Shown here one piece after another: positions 42,231 to 54,955 of a DNA stretch of 64,000 nt. The position numbers were made by a program, and so were the translations under genes. The first letter of the stretch is position 1, and each line of letters opens with the position of its first letter. The DNA is from the human T2T-CHM13v2.0 reference genome, Homo sapiens, in assembly GCF_009914755.1 (NCBI RefSeq), contig NC_060928.1; one strand, 5' to 3'. A model generated the notes under the pieces. The model was not told the DNA's origin. It did no database searches and was given only the letters and a program-made list of their open reading frames with translations.

Positions 42231-43939
42231 TATTGGTGATTTACAATTGTTAGAAAGAAGACAAGAAAATTCAAATTCTGGGTTTACAATCTTCAGATGA
42301 GAATAAAGTTATCTTTCTTTTTAATTTATAGAAATTATAAATGAAATAAAAATGGACATAGTCCATTGTGTTTCTAGTCAATGGATATATCTAGTCAACA
42401 GATATGACCTCTGGATTGTACCTGTTCTATACTATTCTCCATTTACAGTTAAAGCTGAAAGTTAAGATAATACAATTGATCTCTAGGGCAAATTGTAGAG
42501 AGAAAATGTACTCTTGTACTAGATAATGGTAAAATTTACCATCAATGTACTAGAGTGATGAACTATTTAACATACATGAAGACGGCTGATCAATATTTAG
42601 TTAATATAGGTTGGTTTGTTTTTTTCCTCCAAAGAACTGTGTTACTGAGATGGGTGGGTGTTGAGGTAATACTTTATTATTTAGATTTTATTAGGAGACA
42701 TATTAACTGGTTTAAGTAGGGAGGAAGAGAAAGAAAGAGAGAGAGAAAGTGGGAACTGAGAGGAGAGAGAAAGAGAGAGGTGGATTGCAGGGAAAAACAG
42801 TGAAATTGTTGAAGTATTAGAAAATATAATATAATTACATAGAGGGAAAGAACTACTGAATAGCTGCCAGGCCACTGAAGAGTCCTAGCCTTTGTCTGTA
42901 ACAGTTGCTAAAACAAAGAGCAGACTAGGCTATTTGTAATTCCCTCTTGTATTGTCTAAGCAGGAATGCACTTTTCCAGGCTATAGGTCTTGGTAAACTC
43001 CACCTGTTCTATGTTAGACTCTGCAACCTGGAGCTATACTTGGGAAAATGTATGCTCAACAGTTTACAGCTACCTTAGAGAGTTTCTTAAGCAGGTGCAG
43101 CTCTGGGCTGGCCACTCTACAGTGTGCACCTTTAGTTTCAAGAAGAATTAGCATTATGTAATGTCACAGTGGCAAGATAATCATTACAGGTTAGACCTTG
43201 GAATGAAATCCCAATTCCAAACAGTTATGATACTACTATTACTACTAAGAATGATAATCATGATAATAATAATAGCTAATAGTAATTGGGTTTTAGGCTA
43301 ATGCAAATGCTTTACATATGTTATTTCTATTAATACTTGTACAACGCTATGGAGATATTATTAACCATACAGAGAAATGAAATAATTTGTTTAATGGTGG
43401 AGTTATCATTTCAAAGTAGTTTTTTGACTTAAATTCTCTTGTTCTCACTACATGTGACAAGGGCAGGCCATTTGGTTTATCTTAGAATCATAGCTTCAGT
43501 TTTCTGAGATAAAATAGGATAACAATATTTCCCTCTCCCCACGTTTGAATGTTATTAATATATTCAAACACACACATATATGTACATATATGGACATATA
43601 TTTTACACACATTTATCTCTATGTCTATCATCTCTATCTCCATCTATTGATCTAACAAGTTAACCAGTGATAAACAGGAGCTTATCTTCTCTTCACTTGT
43701 GCAATTGGCCTACTGTAATATTCAACTAAAATCAGAGTGCAAGAGGTGAGAATGCATCAGCGACAGATACTTTTGCTTTATTTTACGTCTGACAAATTCA
43801 ATAAATTTACTTAAGACAAAGTCAGGTCTAGTCTTTTTGATTTCTCACACAGTGGCTAAATTATAAAAATGATTACCAATATACAAATTCCTACATATTC
43901 ATAATACTTTATTCATAATGATAACAATTGTAAAAAGTT

Positions 43940-44070
43940 GTTATCACTTCCTTTTTACAGTTAAGGAAATTGAGAGTTACACAGGTTAAATGATTTGTCC
44001 TAGGTCATATAGATAAAGAGAGTATGGGTATGTCTGTGTAACTGTTGGCTCATATTGTTTATGTGAGTCA
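43940..44070 (-). mobile_element. MIR fragment
   Basis: tttttacagttaaggaaattgagagttacacaggttaaatgatttgtcctaggtcatatag. Confidence 0.6.
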
Positions 44071-44079
44071 GATCATCTC

Positions 44080-44638
44080 TGTAGCAGACAGACCCTGGGG
44101 TGGCCCTCATGATTCCTACCCTTGATGGTCATACTCTTTGAGTGGAGGTAGGAGGATGCATTGCTTCTAGCTAACAGAATATGGAAATGGTTAAGGATTT
44201 TGAAGCTGCAATGAAGGTCCTAAATGAGCTGATTTTGAATTAAGCAAGAAAGAGATTAACTTGAGTGGACCTGACATAATCATGCAGAAGCCTGTAAAAT
44301 AGGAATTAGGGCCTCCATCGTGGGCTTGCTGAAGTAAGCAGCCATGCTAGAGAAGCCTACATGACTTCATACAGCTGCAAGGCTATAAACTCTGCCCATA
44401 ACTTAAAACAGCTTGAAAGTAGATTCTTCCCCAGTCAAGCCTCCAGAGGAAAACACAGCCTAGTTGAGACGATGATTGCTGCTGCATGAGATGCTGAATA
44501 AAAGACCCAGCTAACCTATGGTCAGATTCCTGATCCACATAAATTGTGAGGTAATAAGTGTGTGTTGTTTTAAATTGCTAAGTTTGTACTAACTTGTCAT
44601 GCAACAACAAAAAAACCCAAAAACAGAAAACCAGTATA
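44080..44638 (+). mobile_element. MaLR LTR, MLT1E-like
   Basis: tgtagcagacagaccctggggtggccctcatgattcc...agattcttccccagtcaagcctccaga..gacccagctaa..gtgtgttgttttaaattgctaagtttg. Confidence 0.8.
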
Positions 44639-45287
44639 AACTCAAAAACTATTCATTTAGTAAATATTTGTGAAGTGTTTTTTATATGCAAGGTACTGTG
44701 CTAAAGGCCATATAAAGCACAAAAATAGAAATCCTCTAGAATTCCTGCCCTCAAGAAAATTATAACTGCAATAGGGGGATCATGTTGGCTTTCTGGTGCC
44801 CTTTGGCTTATTCTAGGACTTCTGTTAGCTTTTATTATAAAAAAATCCTTAGTAAATCAAAATATGATAGCTAGGTTGCAGGCTTTATTTCTTGAATTAG
44901 GTCATGGATTGAAGTAAGAAAAATATTTTCAAATATGGAACATTAATATGTGTATGAGTTCTTTTCTAGACCATATGAACACATCATCTCCAAAGATAAA
45001 CAAATTGGATATAGATATTTTTTGTGGTAACTTCGAGTTTGGTTGCATTTGAAGATTAGCTTCTAGAATTAAATTCCTTTTAATTTAAAAAATTTATCAT
45101 TATTTATTACTATGACAAAATAAGTCCTATTATCCCCTGAATTTGAACAACATATTGTAGTTCCTAAATTTAGGGAATACAAAGAGATTATTTAAATTGA
45201 AGACTAATTTACATGAAGTTATATTAGATGGAATGTCCTTTGAAGTCCAATCATGGGGTTCTTCGAGGGAAAAAAGATTTCTAAATT

Positions 45288-45291
45288 GAAA

Positions 45292-45326
<35 letters not shown>

Positions 45327-45442
45327 AGAATGGGGTCTCACTGTGTTGCCCAGGCTGGCCTTGAAATTCTGGGATCAACCTGTCCTCTAGCTTCTGCCTC
45401 CCTAAGTGCTCAGATTACAGGTGTGAGCCATAGTGCCCTGCC
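45288..45442 (-). mobile_element. FLAM-type Alu monomer with (TG)n tail and TSD
   Basis: ggggtctcactgtgttgcccaggctgg..agattacaggtgtgagcca; TSD aagatttctaaatt at 45274-45287 and 45443-45456. Confidence 0.88.
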
Positions 45443-45732
45443 AAGATTTCTAAATTCAGTTAAATTGCATAGAATATTAAATAAGTGTGTTCTTATCATT
45501 ATCTAAACCTATGCTTCTTAACTGCTACAGGATTTTTAATACTGACTTTCATTCAAATTTGTTTGCATGTTGTAAAACTCAATTAAGCCATATAGGTCGT
45601 TCTTATGTTGTAGAGCATATCAATTTAAATTCCCAAGGAAAACTTAAGTGCTTACATCGAAGTTATTTTTGATATTAATCTTTCAAGCAAGAACTGCAGA
45701 CATTTCCTTATACTTTGTTAACCTCAAAATAA

Positions 45733-45970
<238 letters not shown>

Positions 45971-46969
45971 CTATTTTGGGTCTTTTCTAAGCAAAGACTA
46001 CATAGGCAACATTAAACATCAATATGTTCAAATTGTTTGCAAATTAAGCATATTAACAACAAATGCAGATAAAAGATAATTAACATCAAATCATCATAAG
46101 TTATCAGAAGTGAAAATTCTGAAGTGAAATTGTATAATCAGGGTACATTCAATATAATATCTCAGAATAATTGAGACTGAGATAAATTATACTAAACATA
46201 ATGATGAATTTAAATGTTTGCCCTCCTTTAAGTCTTTTCTGTCAGTTTCTACCTATATATTCTTAAAAAAAAAGACAAAAAATAAACAATCAAAAAGACA
46301 GCTTTCAGAAACTATCTCTTTAGTGAAAAATACACTTCTTTCAGTCTTAACCTCTCAGAGAACACTCTCTTTTCCCCTAACTTCACTTGACTTACATTAC
46401 AAATTCATAGCAAGAGAAACAAAAAATTTTACTCTAGGAGACAAAGAAACTGGTAGAAAGGTTTGAAATATCAGCATATAATTGTTTGTTCTCTATAGCC
46501 AATCTTAAAACAAAAAATAACTAGTTTTGTTAATATGACCTACTATCTTTTTTCCTGAGTCTGTCACTCTTACTAGAAGTACCTGCTGGGCTCGATGCTT
46601 TTTCATTAATGGGATCTGTTGAAGAAGAGTGTAATTTTCCCAATAACACTCTTGGAGAGCTTTTTGACTCAACAACCTCAAACATGTACCGAGAGATTTC
46701 ATTTATAATCACCTCTCCTACTAGTAGTGTCTGTAGACTCTGAAGGCACAACACAGTGTGAAATAAAAGTAAATAATAGGAACTGAAGTGAGCATCATTT
46801 CCTTTTCAATTCATCTGCATATGGAAACCCCTCTTTATATTTTGAATACATGAGAAACATATTTTGGCTGATACCTGCATTGAAATCATCTTTAGGAATT
46901 TTTATTCTTGCTTTATTTATCTTTCTTTATCATTAGGGAAGTTCCTTCATGGATCTCTGGTTACTGTGT

Positions 46970-47230
46970 TTTGTTAGTTAAATCAATAAAGCCCTTTATT
47001 GAAAGAAGAATTGCGTTACAATGCTGTCAATAATGAATGCTTATTGCAAGAAGGGGCTCAGAGAAAATAATTAAGAGGTGGAAATCTCTTAAGAAACTTC
47101 TGCACACCAATTGTGGATGTAATCTATGTATGCAAATGACGGGCATACATTGTATAGCAGCTTTCATCCAAATAGACACTTAACAAATGTGACTATTATA
47201 CTCATGAATGCAGTGTATTCTTTTCTTTTT
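46970..47230. promoter_or_regulatory. Candidate enhancer (HOX/PBX/MEIS/OCT/SOX motif cluster)
   Basis: TAAATCA 46979, inverted tcaataaag-cc-ctttattga 46983-47002, CTGTCA 47024, ATGCAAAT 47130, CATTGT 47148; motif inference only. Confidence 0.35.
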
Positions 47231-48203
47231 CTGCAGTTGTTTTCATGATGAAATGTTAACTCTGCTTAATAAAAACTTTGGTATGGATTAGTTAAGCAAG
47301 AAACATGAAAGAATGAATAATCAATTTGAAACAATTAAATTACATCAGAGGAGTTCATTAAAGAGCACATCTCCAAAACATTGAGATCTGTGGAGGTTAT
47401 AATTAGGACCAGTGGAAAAAAATACCTCCTTTCCCTTGGCTTGCATCACCTCTCTTGTAATCATTAATTGTCAAATTTACCCACCACAACTACCTCATCT
47501 TTTCTTCACCTCATGCAAAATTCTCTTGTTCAGCCATTCTCAATCAGAAGTATGAGAACTTCCATTCCGTATGGTTGTTGTAACTTTCTTCTCACCAAAC
47601 TGCAGTTGTGTCTACTTACATTTTTGGGTTCTTCTTCCTATATTTTATAAAATTCAACTCTTTAAAGATCCATCTTTGGTTCTCCATCCCTACGAGTAGC
47701 ATCCTCTTTCTTTTACTCATTTCTTTTAATAAAATCATGTATTTCTTTATGTGTCAAATATAGAAATTTGCATAGTGGTTGTGTATTCAAACCAAGATGA
47801 GTTTGCATTTAAAAATAATGTCAAAGTATGCTGTTGCTGTATGCACATGGATTGGTTGCAAAAGCAATTAAGAAAATAAGCTGAAAATACCTGAAAGATG
47901 TATGTGACTTAGTGAAGGACAATTTGTTTTATACAATAGAAGAAAGCATTAAGGAATAAGATTTCCCTATTTGAAAAAAAATATTAAGTTATTGAGATGT
48001 ACTCTGGAATAGCCAGTAAATGAAATGTGGAGGCTAGCTATTGATTCTCAAAATTTGAACCTTAGGAGAATTCCCAGTTAAGTAGCATTAGGATAAGAGT
48101 GTTGAGGCCCAGTCCTTGAGGACTGACCATGCATGATCTAGGCCCTGTGAATACAAAAGGAAACAGGGCACAGCAACATTTGCTTTTCAGTAATTGGTGC
48201 ATT

Positions 48204-48647
48204 TGAGATAAAGAAAAAAAAATTCATGATATTTGTTAAAGATGGTAAGGCAAGCTTTACTGAGGTGGGACCATGGAGATAGCTTTAGGGATGACTTCAA
48301 TGGGATCTTGCAGTAGAGGAGAGAGACTGGACTCAAGTCTAACTCTGACAAGGACAAGTGGAGACTTAAAACCAAAAAGAAGAATGAGGGTGAGTGGATG
48401 GAAAATTACTAAGAGGAAACATCGAGGATAAGGGATTTCTGGCTAAACTGATTTGAGAGGAATATTGCTAAAGGCAGGTCAGGGTAATAAGATACCCAGG
48501 GTGTTCAGGTAACAAGAGACTTAGCAGGATTCTTACTCAAAATGCATTTTACAGACAGAGAGGGAAAGCTCAAGGTCAAGACTAGTCAAAATAGAAAACT
48601 CAGAGGTGCCTCACTAAAATTTTGGCCAAAAGAAAGAGTCTTTGTCA
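48204..48647 (-). mobile_element. ERV1 LTR, MER31
   Basis: Reverse complement starts TGACAAAGACTCTTTCTTTTGGCCAAAATTTTAGTGAGGCACCTCTGAG and contains CTCTTAGTAATTTTCCATCCACT. Confidence 0.85.
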
Positions 48648-49729
48648 GAGTTTATATGGATAAGTGCAATAATAAAGAAAAAGGAAAAAAAAAGTTATTC
48701 ATGGTTTGTGGTCAAACAGAATAAAAGCCTATTACTGAGGATTAGACAAGGAGAAGTAAATAGTATGTCATCATCTTTCAGACTAATTTATAGTTTGTGA
48801 CTTTAAATATATTGTGATAGTAAGGCACATATACCTTTAATTCTAACCTTGGGAACTTCTATGAGGCAGAATAATAAACAAAATTCTCTCAGGGCAGGTA
48901 CATGCCTATTTTATATCTTTCTGACTTTAAAAATTAATTGGCTCTTAAAGCATGGCATTGGATGTATCTCCTTACCAGAGTGGTTGAAAGGAATGATTTA
49001 AGGATGACTTTAAATTACAAAGGCCTTCAGAAATTAAGTTAATTCTCCCTTGCAATAGCTTTCCAAGGTAGAAAAATATTGTCCTCCTAAAAATGGCAGT
49101 TAAAATTGAGATGTAGTTAAAATAAATTGGTTAACGTAGGAAAAAAGTCAAGATTATTAACTTTATATTAGGCTTGTGGCCTGATTTAAAAATCTCTTCT
49201 TCCCTGTTAACGGTAAAAGCCTTCAGAGTTATGGCTTTCTTAGGGCATGTATCTTTCGTAGCATCACCATCATCATCATCATTGTTAACCGCATCATTAA
49301 CATTTTCAGTGTGATTACAACACTAGTTACATTAGCATTTCATGCTGAAATATTCTTCTTAACACTCTCCAGATAGTGACAGGATATGATAGATGGGCTG
49401 CTTCTAAATAGTTGCAGTTAAGGCTTTCTCTCTTCTGGTCTATGTGTGAAAACAGATAGCAAAAAGAGATGAGTAGAAAGCAAAAGGACAGCCATACCTG
49501 TGAGATCTATTTAAGAACTTTATCTGGCAACGTATTAAATAACATAGCTCCTTGTTGAACTCTGCACTTTATTTTCTTCCCTTTTTATTTTTTCTTGGCT
49601 CAATCATGGATTTATTTTCCTATATTGTTTTGCATAAGCCATGTTAGGATTTGTTCTGAGTTGCAAACATTATAAAATGCTTTAACTTATAGTCCTTTTA
49701 GTTAAAGGTGTTTTTATATAGAAGCCTTA

Positions 49730-50102
49730 TGATACAGTGTGCCTGTGTCCCCCCGCCAAGTCTCATCTAGAACCACAGCTCCCATAATCCCCACGTGTTG
49801 TGGGAGGGACTCAATGGGAGGAAATTGAATCATGGGGGTGGTTACCTCCATGCTGTTCTTGTGATAGTGAGTTCTCACAAGATCTGATGGTTTTGTAAGG
49901 AACTTTCCCCCTAGCTTTGCTCTGCACTTCCCTTTGCTGTCACCATGTGAAGAAGGATGTGTTTGCTTCCCTTTCTGCCATAATTGTAAGTTTCCTGAGG
50001 CCTTTCCAGCCATGCTGAACTGTGAGTCAATTAAACCTCTTTCCTTTATAAATTACCCAGTCTCAGGTGTATCTCTTAGCAGAATGAGAATGGACTAATA
50101 CA
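49730..50102 (+). mobile_element. THE1 (THE1C-like) 5' LTR
   Basis: tgatac..gctcccataatccccacgtgttgtgggaggga...gaactgtgagtcaattaaacctctttcctttataaattacccagtctc..gactaataca. Confidence 0.93.
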
Positions 50103-50439
50103 GTAAATTGGCGCTGGGTAGTAGGGTACTGCTGTAAAGACACTCGAAAATGTGGAAGCGGTTTTGGAACTGGGTAAGAGGCAGAGGTTGGAACAATTTG
50201 GAGGGCTCAGAAGAAGACAGGAAAATGTGGGAAAGTTTGGAACTTCCTAGAGACTTGTTGAGTGGCTTTCACCAAAATGCTGATAGTGATATGGACAATG
50301 AAGTCCAGGCTGAGGAGGTCTCAGATGGAGATGAGGAACTTAATAGCAACTGAAGTAAAGGTCACTCTTGCTATGCAAAAAGAATCGTGCCATTTTGCCC
50401 CTGCCCTAGAGATCTGTGGAACTTTGAACTTGAGAGAGA
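50103..50439 (+). mobile_element. THE1-int 5' fragment
   Basis: gtaaattgg..aaaatgtggaagcggttttggaactggg..ggagggctcagaagaagacaggaaaatgtgggaaagtttggaacttcctagagac..gaactttgaacttgagagaga. Confidence 0.93.
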
Positions 50440-50779
50440 CTTGCTGAGTCTTCCGGCCTTCATCTTTCTCCCGTGCTGGATGCTTCCTGCCCTTGAATAT
50501 CAGACTCCAAGTTCTTCAGCTGTTGGACTCTTGGACTTACACCAGCTCTGGGTTTGTCAGGGCTTCCTGGGCCTTTGGCCACAGGCCGAAGGCTGCATTG
50601 TTGGCTTCCCTACTTTTGAGGTTTTGGGACTTGGACTGATCCACAACTGGCTTCCTTGCTCCTCTACTTGCAGACAGTCTATCTTGGGACTTTACCTTGT
50701 GATAGTCGTGTGTGAGTCAATTCTGTTTAATAAACTCCCTTTCATATATATATATATATATAAATATATATATATAAAT

Positions 50780-50814
<35 letters not shown>

Positions 50815-50842
50815 AATATATATATATAAATATATATATATA

Positions 50843-50878
<36 letters not shown>

Positions 50879-51083
50879 AATATATATATATAAATATATA
50901 TATATAAATATATATATATATAAATATATATATATAAATATATATATATAAATATATATATATAAATATATATATATAAATATATATATATAAATATATA
51001 TATATATAAATATATATATATAAATATATATATATATGTACACACACACTATTAGTTCTGTCCCTCTAGAGAATCCTAATACA
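50440..51083 (+). mobile_element. MLT2A (HERV-L LTR) 3' portion with expanded AT array
   Basis: cttgctgagtcttccggccttcatctttctcccgtgctggatgcttcctgccctt..ggcttccctacttttgaggttttgggac..aataaactccc..ctattagttctgtccctctagagaatcctaataca. Confidence 0.9.
50744..51037. repeat. About 294-bp pure A/T array, [(TA)n AA] units
   Basis: TA runs punctuated by taaa roughly every 12-20 bp, with no G or C. Confidence 0.98.
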
Positions 51084-51168
51084 GTTTATGTTATAAGTTT
51101 ATTGTTCTAACTTTTTCCTTTCTCTTATATTTTCTGAACTATACGTTTTGAATAATTTGAAAGGGTCC

Positions 51169-51817
51169 TGTTGAGGCTGAGAAAACAATACCCCAAAAGG
51201 AAGGCCTCAGAAGCAGCCCTTGAAGCAAAAGTTTTTCTCTGCCCTCTTCCTGTCCTCCTGTCTCTCAGTCCCATTCTCCCCTGGGGTTAGCCATAGAAAT
51301 GGAATCCCTCTCTCCAAGGCAGGTCATAGAAACCAGAAGCTCTTTTCCCCAGAGTCAGCCATAAAACATAAAAAACATTACTCTAATTTTCCCTCCACCC
51401 TTCTGTGTAAAAACTGGCCATAAAGAAATGATCTGACGACTACCTTGTTTGAGTGTAAGTCATAAGGTCCCCTTTCCAGAGAGGGCCTTACCTCACACCC
51501 AGAAGAAAGAAATGCCACACAGACAGAGAGGCCAAGAAGAATCTAGACAAAGAGGCCTTGCTGGGTTTCCCCATTCAGTGGGGATTAGAACATAACCTTT
51601 TGATCAATCATATTTCTACATGACTGTCCATCCTCCGTTGAACTTAAGCATAAAAATGGACAATTTCCCCTGTGTCTTTGGGTCTCCATTTTGAACACTG
51701 CCCTACATACATGTTAAACAAATTTGTATGTGTTTTCTAGAATTAATTTGTCTTTTGTCAGTTGATTTTTTCAGAACCATCAGAAGGCCAAGGAGAACTT
51801 GTCCAATGGTCCTTACA
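51169..51817 (+). mobile_element. ERV1 LTR, MER39B-like
   Basis: tgttgaggctgagaaaacaataccccaaaaggaaggcctcagaagcagcc..gcaaaagtttttctctg..tcatagaaaccagaa; ends ccttaca. Confidence 0.85.
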
Positions 51818-51956
51818 GACTCTTTTGCATGTTCTAACTTTAAGAATTGTGTATATGTGTACTAGAAAGAATTGGAGGACAAATTGTATACTTGGTTTGT
51901 TTATTACTGAAACAATCCTGAAAAGGACAATGTTTATTTTCCAAATAGATCAGTAG

Positions 51957-52589
51957 TGACAATGCTGATCTTTACCAGAGCCATGTGATTCTGGAACAGT
52001 GATGATTAGATAAATTCTCCCAGCTTTTTAAAGTTCCAGAAAAGAGGTTAGTGCAAAAAATCTTCCCTCCTTGCATGGCTGAGATAAAACTCATGGATGC
52101 CTCTTTTTTTTTTTAACCTAAGACAAGGCCAGACACAGACCCTTCAAATTCTCATTTTTTGCCTCATAAATGATCAGCTGAACTGTTTGTCCCTGCTGAT
52201 CAACAGGAACAAAATGCTTGTTAACCAAACTTTGGTTAAGATCTTCTCCTTCCCCAGGCCCAGAACACAGACATAACCACATCCTGAACCAGCAAACAAC
52301 CCCTACTTAATAGCCTCTCCTAAGAATAGGCTGACCTGAGGGTAAAACATTTTCTGATCTACTACCTTCCTCCCACTTCTCATCCATTTTTGTCTTATTT
52401 ACTCCTCCTTATAAAAGAAAAGCCCTTTTCTGTCTGATCTCTGAGATACTTGCAGATCTCATGGTCCGAGCCTTCTCCCTATTTCAATAGTCGCCCCACT
52501 CCATTACAGTAGTCCCTTTCCCACTCGTGCAACTGTCTTTTCTGATAAACTCTTTCCATATCAATGTCTGGAGTTGTTTTTATTTGACA
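51957..52589 (+). mobile_element. ERV1 (MER4-group) LTR, family uncertain (MER67/MER90-like)
   Basis: TG...CA ends, ccttataaaagaaaagccc TATA-like, 3' end gataaactctttcc..gttgtttttatttgaca. Confidence 0.55.
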
Positions 52590-52715
52590 TCTGTAGAAAT
52601 TTGTTAGCTAGTGATAGCCTTATATTCAGCAAATGCCTTAAATATGGTAGATTAAATTAAGCTGACTAATACATAGACAGTAAATTATTATTAAAACAAT
52701 TAATACATAAATTAC

Positions 52716-53333
52716 TGTGCCAATGATCAATGTATTGCCTTTCAGCTCCAAATCTAACCTGTTTACCTTGCTTTGTGATATTGGAGCTGGGCTCTGTGAA
52801 CTCCTTTACCAGTCATCCTGCAAAGAGATAGTAGAAAAATACTACCCTTCCAGATTCAGGTTCTCCATATTGACTTCTCAGCCTATGACTCCAGGGGTCT
52901 GTGCAGACATGCCCCACTTGTGCCCTCAGGCCAAGTTCTCCCACCAGCAGCTCTTCTGCCCTCCTGAAGGCTCCAGCCTGTCCATATTCCAACAGCTGGT
53001 TGCTTCTAAAACTACTGTTAGTCCAACACCTTTGACAAGTTTTGTCACTGACAGGCTACGTGTTCCTTTGGTAGCCATACTGTCTTTGTAGAAGTCTGAA
53101 TCACAGCATTTCTAAGTGGTGGTCTCACCTACTTCTTAGTTCCTTTATTGTTTCTTTTCCTCAGTCTAGAGGTAAGAGCTATCTGTTTGACCCTACTTCT
53201 AGATCTCTTAAATCAACTTTTACTTCTTTTAGTATTTAACCACTTTTTAGTGTTGAACAATTTTTTATTTTGAAATTTTTCTTTTCAAATAAACAGAGTC
53301 ATTTCTGTCTCCTAACTAACTTCTTTCTCTGAT
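52716..53333 (+). mobile_element. ERVL LTR, MER74-like
   Basis: tgtgccaatgatcaatgtattgcctttcagctccaaatc..tgtgatattggagctggg; 3' ttcaaataaac..tttctgtctcct. Confidence 0.75.
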
Positions 53334-53410
53334 GTAATGAGTGAGGAATAAAATTTTCTACAAGCTCTCTTGTCCTCAATTTTCAATATTAATAGATTCT
53401 AGGCAGAACC

Positions 53411-53718
53411 TTTTATTTTTATTTATTTATTTTTTTCGCGACAGTGTCTCACTTTGTCACCCAGGCTGGAGTGCAGTGGCGCAATCTCGGCTCACTACAA
53501 CCTCCACCTCCTGAGCTCAAACTATCCTCCACCTCAGCCTCCTGAGTAGCTGGGACCACAGGCATGTGCAACAATACCCAGTTAACTTTTGTATTTGTAG
53601 TAGATTCGGGGTTTCACCATGTTGGCCAGGCTGGTCTCGAACTCCTGACCTCAAGTAATCCACCTGCCTCAGCCTCCCAAAATGATGGGATTACAGGCGT
53701 GAGCCACCATGCCCAGCC
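53411..53718 (-). mobile_element. Alu (J/S-type)
   Basis: Full antisense dimer ending gattacaggcgtgagccaccatgcccagcc. Confidence 0.93.
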
Positions 53719-53801
53719 TAGCCTTAATCTTTCTTCAGTAAAACATACTCAAAAGTTATACCCCCAACTTTTCAGTCTAGAAATCTGGGAGTCACTCTTG
53801 A

Positions 53802-54141
<340 letters not shown>

Positions 54142-54157
54142 TCTTCCCCCAAATTTA

Positions 54158-54955
54158 GTTTCAGTTTAACACCAAGTTCTGTTAAGTTCTACTTCCCAGT
54201 ATATCCCAAATCTGTATACTTCTCCCAATTTCTGCTAGTCCACCATCCTACTTTATCAATAACACACAATAATCAATATCTTAAGTGGTTCCCCTTCTGT
54301 TATTGTTTCTCAGTTATCTTAACCTATAGGTACACTGATCTCTTAGAATACAAATTGGAACATGTTACTTACCCAATTAAAATATTTCAATGACTCACCA
54401 CTGCACTTAAGATAAAAATTAAAATTTATTATGATAGCCTCCAGGCTACCATTGAGATCTGGCTACTGACTACTCCTTCCTTCATATTACATTGACACTG
54501 CCCTTCCCCGTTTGTCTGTTTTTGCACACAAAACAACCTTTAAAATTTCAGGTCCAATCATACTGTTATCTTTCTGAGACATTAAATTGTCACTGAAATT
54601 TACCAGTGTGTATTCAACAATACACACAATTCAAGCTAAGTGACAACAATGGATAGCTCAGTCATATGCTGACAGTGACTATGGCATGGTGACTCTTGCC
54701 TGGCCTTTAGAGATTATGAAAGCCCATTGGTTGTAAGATACCATGCAATGGTAAAGTACAATAAAATGTGAAAAAAAAGTGTTTTAAAACTGATGAAACC
54801 TTATATATAACTGTGTTTGTGTTATTATTTATTTAATGTCTGCCTCTAGTCTGAAAGCCATGTGGCTTGTGCAGACCATCTGAGTCCTACCACTTACCGG
54901 ACTGTCAGGCATTTAGGATGTGTTCAATATATATCAATTGGAGAAATAAATAAGT
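54158..54955 (+). mobile_element. L2 3' region (interrupted), continuing the L2 that hosts the two Alus
   Basis: accaagttctgttaagttctacttcc..catgttacttacccaattaaaatatttcaatgactcaccactgcacttaagataaaa..gtgttcaatatatatc. Confidence 0.6.

Noticed and set aside
42351-42410. Small hairpin aatggac-ata-gtccatt and repeated tctagtcaa
   Set aside because: Too short to exceed chance in 64 kb of AT-rich DNA.
50150-50815. ORFs of 67, 61 and 142 aa
   Set aside because: THE1-int and MLT2A sequence running into the AT array; not a cellular gene.
50692-51049. YI-repeat ORFs
   Set aside because: Translations of the AT array.
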